NCBI RefSeq assembly: GCF_036321535.1 | Contig: NC_087447.1 | Span: 38,380,001 to 38,444,000, forward strand | Direction of reading: 5' to 3' | DNA length: 64,000 nucleotides | Source: Camelus dromedarius | Taxonomy: Eukaryota | Shown: positions 13,390 to 26,129 of the stretch, one piece after another | Layout: every line of letters begins with the position of its first letter | Position numbering within the stretch: position 1 is the first letter of the stretch | Position numbers and translations under genes: made by a program | The notes under the pieces: generated by a model | Told to the model about the DNA's origin: nothing | Databases searched by the model: none | What the model saw: only the letters and a program-made list of their open reading frames with translations

Positions 13390-13813
13390 TGGCACATTTG
13401 GCATGTCCTCCAGAATTTCAGTTCCTTCTCCACGATACAAATGGGTGCCAGGAAGCAGCTACCTGGGCAGGAATTGCATATTTTAGCCATCCTTGCACCC
13501 AGGTGTGGCCATGCATATAGTTTTTGGCAGTGGAATGTGAGCAGAAAGGACATATATCATTTCAGGGCCAAACTTTCAGGAATTGAGCCTGACTCTTCCA
13601 CATCCAGTTCTCCTTCTGTCTTCTGAAGCCCCAGGGGATGGCAGAACCACTAGATAAAAGGACTGTGGGTCTTTGAATCACTAAGGGGAAAAGGGCTACC
13701 TGCCAAACCACCTTGAACTTACTCGAGGGAGAAATGAACTTCTTTTACATTTGAGTCTTTATACATCTGGAGGTTTGTTCATTGCAGCAGCTAGCAGTAC
13801 CATAATTAACACA
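13390..13813 (+). mobile_element. MaLR LTR (MLT1J-like) inside an old L1ME fragment
   Basis: ccttgcacccaggtgtggccatg...cagtggaatgtgagcagaa...ttgttcattgcagcagctagc...taacaca. Confidence 0.65.
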
Positions 13814-16174
13814 GCATATACAAACACAAGCTCTTTTACGTTACTGTGTATTCACTTACACATATTTTTAAAAAGTATGATCACACATTCGACCATAATG
13901 TCACTTGGCTTTCACAACTGAGAGAGGTCATCAGAGAGATACGGCCAGGAGGTGGGAGAGCTGGAACCTGGGCCTTATAGCCCCAAAGTCTGCATTCTTC
14001 TCAGCGCCCTCAGGCCAGCTGTCAACTGACCTGCACCTGCCTTTTTGAGGGTGTTAGCCTGCAAGAAGGTGTTATTTGTTAGGCTTCTTTGATGACTCAG
14101 AACAGCTGCGTTCCCCTCTGGGGGTGGGTGGGGGAGCCAGGTAGGCTCTGCCCACCCAGAAGCTTGTGGCTTCCTGCCTTCCTCAGTTCAAGGGTTTCTC
14201 AGAGATGGAGGCTTTAAATTGATCATATTTCTCAGAAGTTGTAGTTTGAGTTGACAAGTATGGGCAACAAAGACTGCCCAGGGGATGGGGGTGTGGGGCT
14301 GTGATGACCAGCAGTGAGAGTGGAAAAGCCAGGGCTGAAAGTCTCCTTCTCAGTCCAACACGAACACCCACAGGGCCTCAGCGTTTATAGCTAGTGGGCT
14401 TATGTCCCCAGAGGGGCCTCCCTCCTCCAGGTCCCAAACACCACCAGAAAGCCAGCTGTAGAAAGCCAGATGGCCCCAGCTCTCATCGGCTTCCAGGAAA
14501 TTCTGACAGTTCTAAGAAGCCCCCGTTTCTTGCCTCCCATCCAGAGCCTGGGTGGGGAAGTTGGGGAGGCCCTCACTGGCTGCTCCCTCCACCCTCGAAA
14601 CATACCCTGGGGAATACCTCCGTGGGCACAGCTGCTCAGAGAAGCGGTATGGGCAGCAGGACGCAGAGGGGAGGGAGGCCCCTCCGTTTATCCAGACTCT
14701 GGGATCCCCCACTTCCCCTAGGCACCCTCCACACCCATTTCTCTTAGCTCAGCATCCATTTAACACCTCCTGAGCTAAAGACAGGCCCAGAGGTGAGCCA
14801 AAGCAACTGATAACTCAAAAGGTACTTCATTCTGGTTGTGACATTTAACAAATCAATGTTTCCCAGTATGGCCTTGTTGGAATGTAAAATGACTTAAAGA
14901 TTTCATATAAACACCATAATTAAATAATATTTAATTACTTCCTTTTTCAACACTTTTGATTACATCAGAAAGAATATCTGCTGGGTGCTAGTAGGTCTTT
15001 GACACCTCTCTAATACCAGTAAGAGTCATCTGGAAAAAAAAAAGAGAGAGAGAAAGGCACAAATAAAAAATATTCAAAATAGGGTCATAGCACTTGACAT
15101 AACAAGATATTAAAATGATATAACAGCAAAAACATTATCTAATGTAATACAATTTTTAGAAAAAGATCCTCTTTTCAAAAGCAACATAATTTTATGCATC
15201 TAGAAACAAACTAACAAAAGCTATGTTCCTGGTCTTTATCAAGAAAATTGTAAAGCTTTAATGAAAAAATAAAATAAAATAGTAACAATGAGATGTAGCA
15301 TGGATAGGAAGAAGACTCAATATTATAAAGGTGTCAGTTCTCCTAAATTATTCTAGAAATATATGCAATCCCAAACAATACATAGACAAGGTTTTTGTTT
15401 TGTTTGTGTATGTGTGTCAAATTTTTCTAGCTGATTCTTAAATGTATTTGAAAGAGCAGTTTTGTACCAGGTGGTCAGAAAAGGCTTGAGAGATGATTGT
15501 GAGGAGTGAAGCATTCTGGGCAGGTTGAACCAAGACTCTGAAGCAGCAGCTGCGTTGGAATGTTCTAGGAATACGCAGTGGTCAGTGTGGGTGAGTGGAC
15601 TGAATGAGTGGCAGAAATGAGGTCAGAGAAGTTTCAAGGGCTAAAGTGTATGGTCCTTGTAGGCTTGTGCTGAGAACTCTTAAAATTAACTCTGAGATGG
15701 GAAGTCCCTGGCGATTTTTGAGCAAGGAGTGACCCCATCTGATCTAAACATTTTAAAGATTTTGAAAGGGTTGGAAATATTCAGTAAACCTGTTTTGGGG
15801 TGGTATGGAAATGCAATAAAAACTGTGCAGGGGCACATGAATGAATGAAATTTTGGAAAATTCTACCTTGAGTAATTCCTTGGGTCACAGACTTGGTCTT
15901 TCTAATTCGTTCAGTGCAAACCAAAAGGGAAAAGAATCTAAGTTCTTGGAGCCAACACTGACAAATGTGCAGAGGGCCAGGCCAGGCTCAAGTCCCGCTC
16001 CTTTGGCTCATGGCTCACGCCCCAGGGAATCTTCCCCATGGCTGGGCCTCCAATTACAGCCTCCCAGGGAGGGGGTCCAAAAAGCAGTAACTCTGTCCTG
16101 CTCCTGAAAAATATCACTGGCTTCCACACTAATGAGGCTTAAAGAAGTTTGAAGGTGAAAAGTACCCCAGAGAG

Positions 16175-16281
16175 AATACAACTAGCATGTCCCTAAGGGA
16201 ACTCAATTATAATACAACTAGCGTGTCCCTAAGGGAACTCAATTATAATACAACTAGCATGTCCCTAAGGGAGCGCATTAT
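16175..16281. repeat. Tandem repeat, 36-bp unit x ~3
   Basis: Unit AATACAACTAGCATGTCCCTAAGGGAACTCAATTAT at 16175, 16211 and 16247; one substitution in copy 2, diverged end in copy 3. Confidence 0.95.
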
Positions 16282-16541
16282 CTTCTCTAAAGAACTGTGC
16301 CTTCTCAGGCATTCCCTAGTCCAGTAAAGGGCAACATCGTTATTCACTCATTCAGTCCACAAATATCAATTAAGTACGTGCTGTCAGTATTGAATTTGCT
16401 GTGATGAGCAGAACAGACACAGTCTCTGTCCTCATGGAGCTTACAGTCTAATGTGGGGAGGAAGACAATTCAAAAATGAAGATGTAATTCTTACAAAATG
16501 CTTAGTGCTGTGAAGCAAACAAATAGGGTGATGTGGTCAAG

Positions 16542-16764
16542 CAAGGATACTCCAAATGGTAGGTGGGCCAAATGTGGCTCACTGCCTTTCCTTTGTAAAT
16601 AAAGTTTTATTGGAACACAGCCATGGGCATTTGCTTACATTTTATCTAGGGCTGCTTTCACACTACATTGGCAGAGTTGAAGAGCTGCAACAGAGACCAC
16701 AGGGCTTTCAAAGCCTAAAATATTAACTATCTGTCCCTTTACAGAAAAAGTTTTCCTACCCCTG
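16542..16764 (+). mobile_element. MER58A (hAT-Charlie MITE)
   Basis: tttgtaaataaagttttattggaacacagcca...aagcctaaaatattaactatctgtccctttacagaaaaagttt...acccctg. Confidence 0.85.
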
Positions 16765-16794
16765 TAGGATAGAGCATAGTGGAAGAGTCTCTCC

Positions 16795-16988
16795 TACCAA
16801 TGTCCAGTGGAACTCTCTGCAATAATGGAAATGTTCTATATCTGTGCTAATATGGTAGTCACTAACTGCGTGTGGCTGTTGAGCACTTGAAATGTGGCTA
16901 GTAACTGAGAAACTTAAATTTTACCTCATTTAATAATTTTAAATTTAAATTTAAATAGTCTGTGGCTAGTGGCTACAGTGTTGGACAG
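16795..16988. mobile_element. MER3 (hAT-Charlie MITE), followed by a TA/TG microsatellite to ~17056
   Basis: tgtccagtggaactctctgcaataatggaaatgttctatatctgtgct...gagcacttgaaatgtggctagt...gtgttggacag. Confidence 0.8.
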
Positions 16989-18887
16989 ATATATATATAT
17001 ATATAAAGTATGTATCTGTGTGTATGTATGTATATGTATGTGTGTGTGTGTGTGTATAAAATGACACAGGTCAGAAAGGTAGAGGTCTTCCCTGAATCCT
17101 CATTTCTTCCACATGTTTCTTCTAAATATCTCCTGAAGTCCCAAAAAGCCAGTGAAAGTCAAAAGCAAAACATATGTTCACCATAATCGCAGTTGTGTAC
17201 AAATGTGTACAAGGATACATCGAAGTATATATCTAATACACGAAAGCTACTACCATTATTAGTTATTTATTAAATAGGGAAGCATGGTAGGTGATCTTAT
17301 TTTGCTCTTTCAACATTGTCCTGCCTTCTATTTAAATCATTACGTTTATTAAAAATCTGAGCTCAGGCTATGCTTCGTTCTTTCAGTTGTTGGGAACGAA
17401 GAAACATTCAATTTATCTAAAGTAATGTGTCTGTTATGAGTGAGAGAGAGAGATGAGAAGGGAGACAAACTTATCCAATCTAAGGAGAGGACCCGTATTG
17501 TCGTGTGGCTGGGCCATGAGGCCTAGAAGGTTGCTCTGGATCTAAAGAGGCTCAACGGGCCCTTAACAACAGGGTTTCCATGAACCTTCATGGCACTGGT
17601 CTGTGAATGTGACTCGAGGATCTGCATATCTACATGTCAGCTCCATTTTCTCACCACTGCCTCTACTCATAGCTTCTGATTCTTTGTAACTTCTGTTTCC
17701 TTAAAACTCTTTCCTGTTCATCATAGTTGCCCTGGCTGTCTCAAAATCATAATCCCTGAATGTCTGCTCCTGCTAGCTAAATATCTCATTCTCTCAGTGT
17801 TTCTGTTTAAATCTCTAAAGGAGGAAATACAGTTATCCCACCCCCTCTTTTTGTGCCATCTCATACTGTAGGTCATTGGCCAGCCTGTGGATTTGTTACA
17901 CTTGAGGTCAGCTTTCCACTTCCCAGTCAGTTGTAGCCAAAGGAAGGTAGGGTCACATGGTAAAAGCAGGGCCACCCTTGGCTGCAAAGACAATGAGCGG
18001 AGTCTGTGGATATGACAGTTGAGTTCATTGACATGTTGAATATCATCCTCTAAAGCTTGCAGTAGCTGGGACCATCTCCAGGTGCTGAATCTGTGATGCT
18101 GTGATTCTCCCATGAGGCTTTGGGCCCTGGGGAGCTGGTTCTGTGACCTGAATTGACTATGTTTACAGCCAGAAGTTCCCAGATGGTTGCTTGGTTGGGG
18201 CAAACCCATTTCTCTCTCTCCTTCTGTACCCCCAACTCAGACTTACCCTCTCTGTTCCCCAATTTAGAAATACTTCAGCAAGGGAGAGAAGGACAATGCT
18301 TCCCACGTGTGGGGCTCAGAGCCACAGAGAAACACCACTGTCCCTGGGGAGGAAGCCTGCTGCAGAGGCTGCTGGAGAATTTCTGATTTTCCGCTATGGC
18401 CCTTAGTAATTCAAGGATGATGTGGTTGGAGCCTGGGGGGAGAAGTTTGCAGTTTTATCCCTAACAGCACTGGCTTGGGCTCTGAAGCTTGGGCCACCTC
18501 TGACTCAGAGCTGAGTTAAGGAATTAAATCTGCTGCCTCCCAAATTTGGCATGGACGGCAATGGGCGGTCGCTGCAAAGGCCCTGAGACTCTTCTAGGCT
18601 GGCAGGGTGGGCTTCACTTGACCATATACGGGTGGAAGGTTGAGAGGCCTGGAAACTTTCCATTCCCTGCACGCCTTCCCTAGCTGCTCTGAATGCCTAA
18701 AATAAGCCAGTGGACCTTCCCTTTACCTATGGAGGCTTTGCTCCCAGTTAAAATGCAACTCCCTGTACTGCCCAAGACTGTCCTCAAAGCTGATCTCAGT
18801 CCCATGGGTTTTATGGAAGACTGCATTTCACATCCTTTCGTCTTATCTGGTTTGCAGAGGAAGATAGCAGGAACAGTAGGAGCCTGA

Positions 18888-18915
18888 GGGTGTGTGTGTG
18901 TGTGTGTGTGTGTGT
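18888..18915. repeat. (GT)n microsatellite
   Basis: Seen directly in sequence. Confidence 0.95.
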
Positions 18916-19227
18916 TGGAGGTAGATATGAAAGGTGGAATTGACAGAAGAAACATGCTCAGAATTTGGGCTGGAGCCATATTGAATGCAGATTATAACAG
19001 AGCTGTATCTCTAATAAAGACCTGGGTCTAATCCTGGCTTTGCCACTAACTCTCTGTGTCCTTCAGCAAATTGCTTAATCTCTTTGGGCCCCAGTTTCCT
19101 CATCTGGAAAAGGAAAACTTTGAGTGAGGAAGTCTCTAAGGGTCTTTCCATTTCTGAATCGCTGGACCTGAAACAAATGCCTTCTGGAGGAGAGCCAGTG
19201 ACAGAAGGAAGTTTCCACTGGAATCTC

Positions 19228-19230
<3 letters not shown>

Positions 19231-19292
<62 letters not shown>

Positions 19293-19405
19293 GTGGGGGA
19301 GGTATTAGGTTTATTTATTTGTGTTCTTAGTGGAAGTACTGGGGATTGAATCCAGGACCTTGTGCATGCTAAGCATGCATTCTACCATTGAGCTATACCC
19401 TCCCC
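19231..19405 (-). mobile_element. Camelid tRNA-Ala-derived SINE, long form, with tail expanded to (TAT)~20
   Basis: Reverse complement ggggagggtatagctcaatggtagaatgcatgcttagcatgcacaaggtcctggattcaatccccagtacttcc...aaacctaatacctccccc, then (ATA)n at 19231-19292; flanked by ctctttt on both sides. Confidence 0.9.
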
Positions 19406-21145
19406 GACTCTTTTTTTCCCTCAATCTCTCCTTTTAGGCTTTGAAAATACAAGGGCAGCAGCAGAGGCTCACACCCAGAAAGCTGGAGAATGAGGATAGT
19501 CTTATGGGCAAGCTCAGACTGCTCCAGCTTCTAACCCCAAATTCCAGCACCTGCCAGTTTCACCTCCAATCTAATTGAAAAAATATGTCCCTTCTTCAAG
19601 GCACTTTACTGCTGTCTTCCAGAAAATTGTCTTAACAGCTCTACAAATCTAGAACGTCTGCAATGTGAAGGCTACTCCCTGGAGTTGTGCAAAGCATATT
19701 CTGCACAGTCTCAAGCAGCAGCCTCCCACACCATCACACGTTCTGCCAGGGGAAAGGATACAGGCTCGAGAGGCACTAGGTACCATAGACCATACTGTAA
19801 AACAGTGGTTCACAAACTGAGGGACCCCACTGTTGTTGATGCTGTTTGACTGGGGAATACACATTGAGAACTCCCACTATCAAGTGTTAGAGCAGAAAGG
19901 GGTCTTGGAGGGAAAGCTCCCCTCCCCTTCTATATCCTGTCTTACAGCCTAGAAAACTGAGGGAAAGTGAGTTGTCAACATGAGGGATCTGTAACCAGAT
20001 TTCTCATCCAGTCCTCTTTCCATTCCATTATCTCGCTGTTCCCTGGACAGTGATATTGATGGAAAACCCACAATCCTCCTCAGCTTCCCTGGAGATATTT
20101 GAGGAATGGTGAGGTTGAGCTGGGGCTTCCTGGAGGCAGGGGAAAATACCTACAGGCCTCTGCCAGACCCTGGGAAATTCTTTCTCAAACTCAGGCTGCA
20201 CCAGCAGAGGTGAAGCCTGGACCCGTTAAGGGACCCTGGTGGGGCACGTGGCAGCAGCTCCCTCCTAGCCACAGAGAGGGGAAGGCCTTAGCAAGGACAG
20301 TCAGTTTAAAATTGTGTGAAGCTGTGGCTTCCTGCTCCAGCTCTGCTACTCCTTGCTGACTTTGTGAGAATTGTTTAACATCAGGGTTCCAAACCTTATG
20401 TTCTGTCTCTAAATTCCAAATTTTGTTTCTCTATGAGGCACTAATCCTGCTTCTGCTTGAACACCTTCATTGAGTAGAAACTCATGCCTTCCCAGAAAAG
20501 TTCCCAACCTTAACTGGAGAATTTCTCTTTTCCAAGGAATATGTGCACTAATGCCTAAGGTTTTCCTAAGATCCAATCACTATGTCTTGCCAAGACCAGA
20601 AGGGCTCCCTCATGTCTATCAGCTACTTAGTTGATTAATAAATATTTGTTAAGTGAATGAAATGGGATCAGCATGGGCGGGCAGTCAATCTGACTAGGAG
20701 ACCAGCTTTTTCAGCAGCTACTTTTGGTGCAGACCACTCAGACTTACCATCTTGCTTGATCTAGCCACTGCCTACCTCTCCAATCTCCTCTAACATTGCT
20801 TTCCCTTATACTCATTACTTCTGTAACTTTATATTTATTTGTGTGACTGTTTAAATAATGTCTGTCTCTGCTACCAGACTGGAAAGGCAGGGACAGTGTG
20901 TGTTTTGTCCACCAATATATCCCCAGCACTTAGCAATATGCCTATCACATAGTATATACTCAATAAATATTGTGAAAGGAAGGAAGAAAGGGATTGCCTA
21001 CTCGGTGGAAGGCCCTTGCTTATCTCTTATCTGTCCTTTTGGATAGGCAGACTATATATAAGTAAATAATTTGGCTTAGACATTGAGGGTAACACTCCAA
21101 GAGAGAGCCTATTTCCAGATAATAATAATGATAATAATTGGATAG

Positions 21146-21615
21146 ATGTTAGAGTAAAGGCTAGGTTGCTATAACAAAGGGGCCCAAAATATAATGACTT
21201 AGATAAAATAGAAGTTCATTTCTCTCTTACAAAAGAACCCAAGGTAAGCAAGCCAGAGTGGCTGAGCCCTTCTGATCCATTTAGTCATTAAGGGTCCCAA
21301 GTTTCTTCCTTATTGTTCTGCCATTCTCAGTGCCATTGTCTTCCTCTGCATGGTCAAAGAAGGGCCATGTGTGACCCATACATGTTTCAGTTCGTGAGAA
21401 GAGGATAGAGAAGTCCAGAGCAAGTGATTATTTTTAAACAAGTGAGGCAAAGTGGCATCCTTCACTTCCACTCATAGTGTGTTGGTGATGACTTAGTCAC
21501 AAGGCCACATCCAGCTGCGAATTAGCCTGGAAATGGATGGCCATTTGCCTCGCTTACCCTCTTTTGCTATGAAAGATGAGGAGAATGGATTTGGGAGGCT
21601 ACCTGGCATTCTGTC
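21146..21615 (-). mobile_element. MaLR LTR (MLT1J/I-like)
   Basis: tgttagagtaaaggctaggttgctataacaaa...gacttagtcacaaggccacatccagctgc. Confidence 0.65.
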
Positions 21616-21829
21616 ACTAGGGGACTTATAATAATAAATAACCACTATTCAGGAGATAAAATCCTAACCCAAATTGTTAGGCCCAAGCCACTGAGTCCCA
21701 TAAATTAATTGCTGGAAAAAAAATTTCTTTATGGGCTCTTCTAGTTATTCCTGAGAATGTTTCAGGGTGCTAGTCCATATGTGTTCAAGAATAGGTCCCT
21801 CCTCAATTTGGCACCATACATCAAAATTA

Positions 21830-22485
21830 CAAATATTCATACCATTTCACTCAGCAAGTCCACCTAGGAATTTCTCCAATAGATATATTTACCCACATGG
21901 GAAATGAAATATGCACTGTTGGTGAAAGGAAAAGATTAAATAAAATATGATGTCCCTATGCAATGAAATACCATCTAGCTATTTTTTTTTAATGAGGAAG
22001 CTTTTTATGTACTGCTATGCAAGAATCTCTAAGGTATATTGTTAAATGAATTTTTAAAATGCAGGACAGTAAGTAGAGTATGTTACCATTTTTATAGAAT
22101 AGAGTAAAAAACTGTATATGTATTACAGATGACCCTTGAACAACACGCGTTGGAACTGCACAGGTCCACTTATACTGGGGTGTTTTGTAATACTGTAGAC
22201 TCCAGTGCTATGAGGTCCATGGTTGTTTGAATCCACAGATGTGGAGGAACCGTGGGTGTGGAGGGCCACCTAGAAAACATGTGCGGATTAACCCCTGCAT
22301 TGTGCAAGAGTAAACTATTTCTATATTTATCCTTGCTGTCATATCCATAGGATAATCCTGAAAGAGTTCAAAAGAAACTAGTAATGAGGGTGGGGAGGGG
22401 ATTGGTTGCCTAGATGTCTGGGGTACATACTTTTTATACTTTTTCATTAAGACCATGTGAATACATTGCCTATTTAAAAAAAAGG
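21830..22485 (+). mobile_element. L1ME 3' fragment, interrupted by a Tigger2 MITE
   Basis: ataccatttcactcagcaagtccacctaggaattt...atgcaatgaaataccatctagctatt. Confidence 0.65.
22126..22317 (+). mobile_element. Tigger2-family MITE (MER8/Tigger2a_Art-like)
   Basis: TA|cagatgacccttgaacaacacg left TIR; degenerate right TIR ttgtgcaagagtaaacta. Confidence 0.8.
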
Positions 22486-23939
22486 AATGGGGGAAAGATG
22501 GAAGAGGTGAGAGGAGAGCCAGGAGAAAAGAAGAAAGTAGAGGACAGGGAGGGGAAAAGGCAGGAAGAAGGGGAATAAGGAAGAAAAGAGAGGGAAGGAA
22601 GACAAGAGGGAGAATTATTCCTATTTCTTCACTCTGGCCTTCTCTCCATGCAGCCAAACTGCTGCCTCTGTTATAATGACAGGCGAGGTTGCTGCTCCAC
22701 AGGCGCAGCAGTCCTTTGCTGGCAACTACTACCAACAGTGTTTGAGTTTCATGAAGGGAACGACTCTCCTTTTGGCTTCTCTGGCCCAAATCTGAGACAA
22801 GATCTTCTCTTCAGTGTCCCATATCCCAGCAGAGACCAGCCCATAATATTTACAGAGAGAGGAATGATGACTCCAGAATAAAGAAAGAGAAGAGTAACAC
22901 AGGGCCATCTCTTCCTATGACTGCGCAAACTCCGATTCTTCCTCAGGATCCCCTACTGGTCCATCTCCCTGCTGTGTTCCAGTCCTGGTCTCACTGTGCA
23001 GGAGTTGGAGTTGATCATCATCAGGAACCCTCCCGGAATGTCCCCACTTCAGAGAAGAAGCCAAGCTCGCCCTAGGCTCCAGAGAGAGAAGGAATTTTCT
23101 CCCTTACCCCAGTCTATGGAAGTGACTCACCAGAACTTACTTCCAACCAAAGAATTGAACTCTTGCCATGAGGATTAACAATGGCAGTATCAATTTATCC
23201 ATTCCCTTCAGGGACTATCTCCTGCATGCCCACAAGGGTGTCTTTTGGCCTTATGGTCCCCCAAAGACAATCACAAGCATCTGACTTGAGTATATGTCCA
23301 ATGTCTTGTCACTAAGCTTTAGAAATCAAATTCAAATCAAATTAAGATGTGTAATCTGGGATAGCAATTGCTGACTCAAGGGGAAACTGGTCTCTCCTGG
23401 AGGGCTCAAAAATCTTGGGGTCCAGTCTTTCCCAGAATCAACTTATTACATAAGAAAACAGCCAGATCTTAGACACAGTATAAGAGAGGAGAGACATAAT
23501 GGTACCAAGAGCCTGGGATGAGATCATCATGACTGTTGAGCACTACACATAGCTCTTAAGTTTCATTGCTGTAAGAAAGAATGATAATGGATTGTGTAAT
23601 TGTCCTTGTGTGGTGAGAGGATGTTTGTCCATAGATACAAACCTATAATTCAAGGAGAAATTCATCACAAATTCTTATATAAGGATAATGAGCAAGAGCA
23701 GACACTGTGTTTTCCATGGAAGTGTGGCAAAAACCTCAAGGGACACTCAGGCTGTGCCCACAGGGCTGATTCCAGAACTCAGTGGAGAGGTGGGTAATAA
23801 GAAAGAGGGAGGAGAAATGTTTTTGGGGAGCAGTCTACCTCGGGGGGGGGGGTAGGGAGGGCAGCCCATGTCTCTTACAGAGACTGTTGTCTGGCCCAGG
23901 CTAGCAGATTTGAATTGCAGTGTGCTAAGTGGACAGTTC

Positions 23940-24480
23940 TATGGTGTGTGAACCCATAGTGGACACTCTCTGTTGCCTACAGTTTCCATTTTAACAAAAT
24001 TATGATTTTGTTTTGCTACCCACTTCTTCATGCATCTGTGTGCATCAGGGGAAGCTAATGTTGCTCCTAGCTCCAAGGGAGAGGCCTGGCTGACTAAGAT
24101 TGTCTAATGGTAGTCTTACCCCTTGGCCACAATTAGCCCAGGAATATGCATATGACCCAATTCCAGCCAATGAGAGCTGAGAAGAACACTGGAGGATTCT
24201 GGGAAAAGATTCTTTGTTTCAAAGAAAGAGCCATAGAGAGATGTTCTCTCTTCTTCCTCTGCATTTTGTGTAATGCCTGGAACTTGTACAGTCATCTTGC
24301 AGCTTGATGGATGAAGTCAATGTCAAAGATGCCATGCAGACAGCTGTAAAGAACCAGGATTCTTATGATATTGTTGAGCTGCCGAATCAACCAAGCTGGG
24401 AACCTATCCTATCTCTAAATGTATTTTAAAGCAAACTTCAGTTGGGGCTTCAGTCACTTGCAACTGAAAGCATATACCCA
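23940..24480 (+). mobile_element. MaLR LTR (MLT1K-like)
   Basis: catatgacccaattccagccaatgagagctga...ttctgggaaaagattc...cagtcacttgcaactgaaagcat. Confidence 0.65.
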
Positions 24481-25179
24481 ACAAATATTTATTGAAATCC
24501 AACTATTTATTATGTGCTGAGAAACAGTTTTTAGATGATAACACATCTCTACTTCCATAGAGCTTATCTTATAATGGGGGAAGGCTAGACATCAGACAAC
24601 TGATTTCACAGTCAATTATTTAATCCTAATAGTATAAAATGCTACAAAAGAGAACGTGTGTAAGAGAGGATCCGATCTTATCTGAGAGTGGCACCTTTGT
24701 TTCTCAGTCTCTCTCTTACTTGGTCTTTTCTATGTCAACTGTGCTTCTTATAAAAAGGTAGTTTGCACTCAGTTCTAAGTTTTGCTTCTTGGTAAGGGCT
24801 TGTACTATCCATCTGATGACTACAGGAATATCTATAGACTTAAAATATAAGATCGACAGGACCAGAGATGACAGGTTTCTGTGAAAATTGTAGAGCCTGT
24901 ATTGCGTTCCTTCTTGGATGGAAGGAGACAAACCTGTGGTTTGCCTAGGATGAGCAAATCCCATTTCATAACCCAGCAATGCCAGAGAAATCCTGGGAAA
25001 TAAGATAATTAGGAAGGCTGGGTACAGTGCTTGGGGATCTCTCCCAGCAGAGCAAGTATTGAATAAATTACAAGTATCAATTAGCCAACTTCTGATTACA
25101 AGATAGCAAAATCAAGTTCTTTTTCCTCTCCTTTACTCAGAAATTAGCCCACATAAAAGATAATATCAATAAAAACAAA

Positions 25180-25345
25180 AACTCCATATTCAATATCTTG
25201 TAATAATCTATATTGAAGAAGAATATGAAAAGGAATATATATATGTATAACTGAATCATTATGTTGTACACCAGAAACTAACACAACATGGTAAATGAAC
25301 TATACTTCAATTAAAAAATAAAAACAAAACCCAAAAAACCCTAGA
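25180..25345 (+). mobile_element. Young lineage-specific L1 3' terminus
   Basis: tatattcaatatcttgtaata...tgtacaccagaaactaacacaaca...ctatacttcaattaaaaaa; flanking aaactccat direct repeat. Confidence 0.85.
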
Positions 25346-25439
25346 AACTCCATCTTTGATGACAGTCTGAACTTGAAAAAGCAGGTGAGGAGACTGCCTT
25401 CAGAAAGTGGAGGAAGGTAAAGCTGTTCCAGCAGGTGCC

Positions 25440-25910
25440 TGGGATGCCTCACTCACATCTCCTCAGCCCACCTGATTCCAGCCACAGCTCAACCTTGCCT
25501 GCCCTGACAGCATGTGACTTGCATCTCTTCTCTTCTTGCCCTGGGGCTTCTCTGATGCTGCAAGAGCTGCTTGGCTCATGTGGAAGTGAAAGTGTGTTTT
25601 GTGGGAGACTGAATGTATGCTACTGAGAGGCAGTCCTCAACCAAAGGAGAATTAAAGAGTGTGTAAGTTCTCCAGCATCCAGCACTCCAGGCAGACAGTT
25701 ATGGGAGGTTTGTTCGACATTTCTCCAGCCCCTGGCAATAATTGAGGCAATAACCTCAATAACTTACCCTTATAGTGACCTTTCCTTCTTCCCTTGACTT
25801 ATTTCTCTCTGCTTCTTTACTCCTACTTCCTGGAATCATCTCCTAGATACACCACTGCACCCAAGTGCTTGTCTCAGGCTCTGCTTGTGGGAGAAATCAA
25901 ACAAAGGTAG
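25440..25910 (+). mobile_element. ERVL LTR (LTR16C-like)
   Basis: cttcctggaatcatctcc...actgcacccaagtgcttgtctcaggctctgctt...aaacaaagg 3' end. Confidence 0.6.
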
Positions 25911-26129
25911 TTATAGAGGGGACACCAACAAGAAGCAAGTTGATTTCCCTGCAGTACCTTGGAAAGTACTCTCGGGAATTGAAGGGAAACCAGATGCTCT
26001 GGAAGTCAGGAATGAGATTCTCCAATGAACAAGCCAGCTCTCTGCCTATGGCGAAGCTACAGGGAAGCCTCTACCAGCAATCTTGCCGGTAGATGGATTC
26101 TAATCAGCATTTTAGTGCCACACTCTTCA

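Noticed and set aside
16175..16281. 36-bp repeats with internal palindrome as a CRISPR array
   Set aside because: Units are head-to-tail with no spacers, there are no cas genes, and the context is mammalian.
17540..17990. Possible ancient LTR (similar-looking stretches at ~38170-38860 and ~39780-40170)
   Set aside because: Looks ERVL/MaLR-like, but I cannot assign family or boundaries without a Dfam search.
19084..19293. ORF with poly-tyrosine tail
   Set aside because: Translation of the (TAT)n microsatellite.
22208..22789. 193-aa minus-strand ORF
   Set aside because: Runs across a purine-rich tract, an L1ME fragment and a Tigger2 MITE; a compositional artefact.
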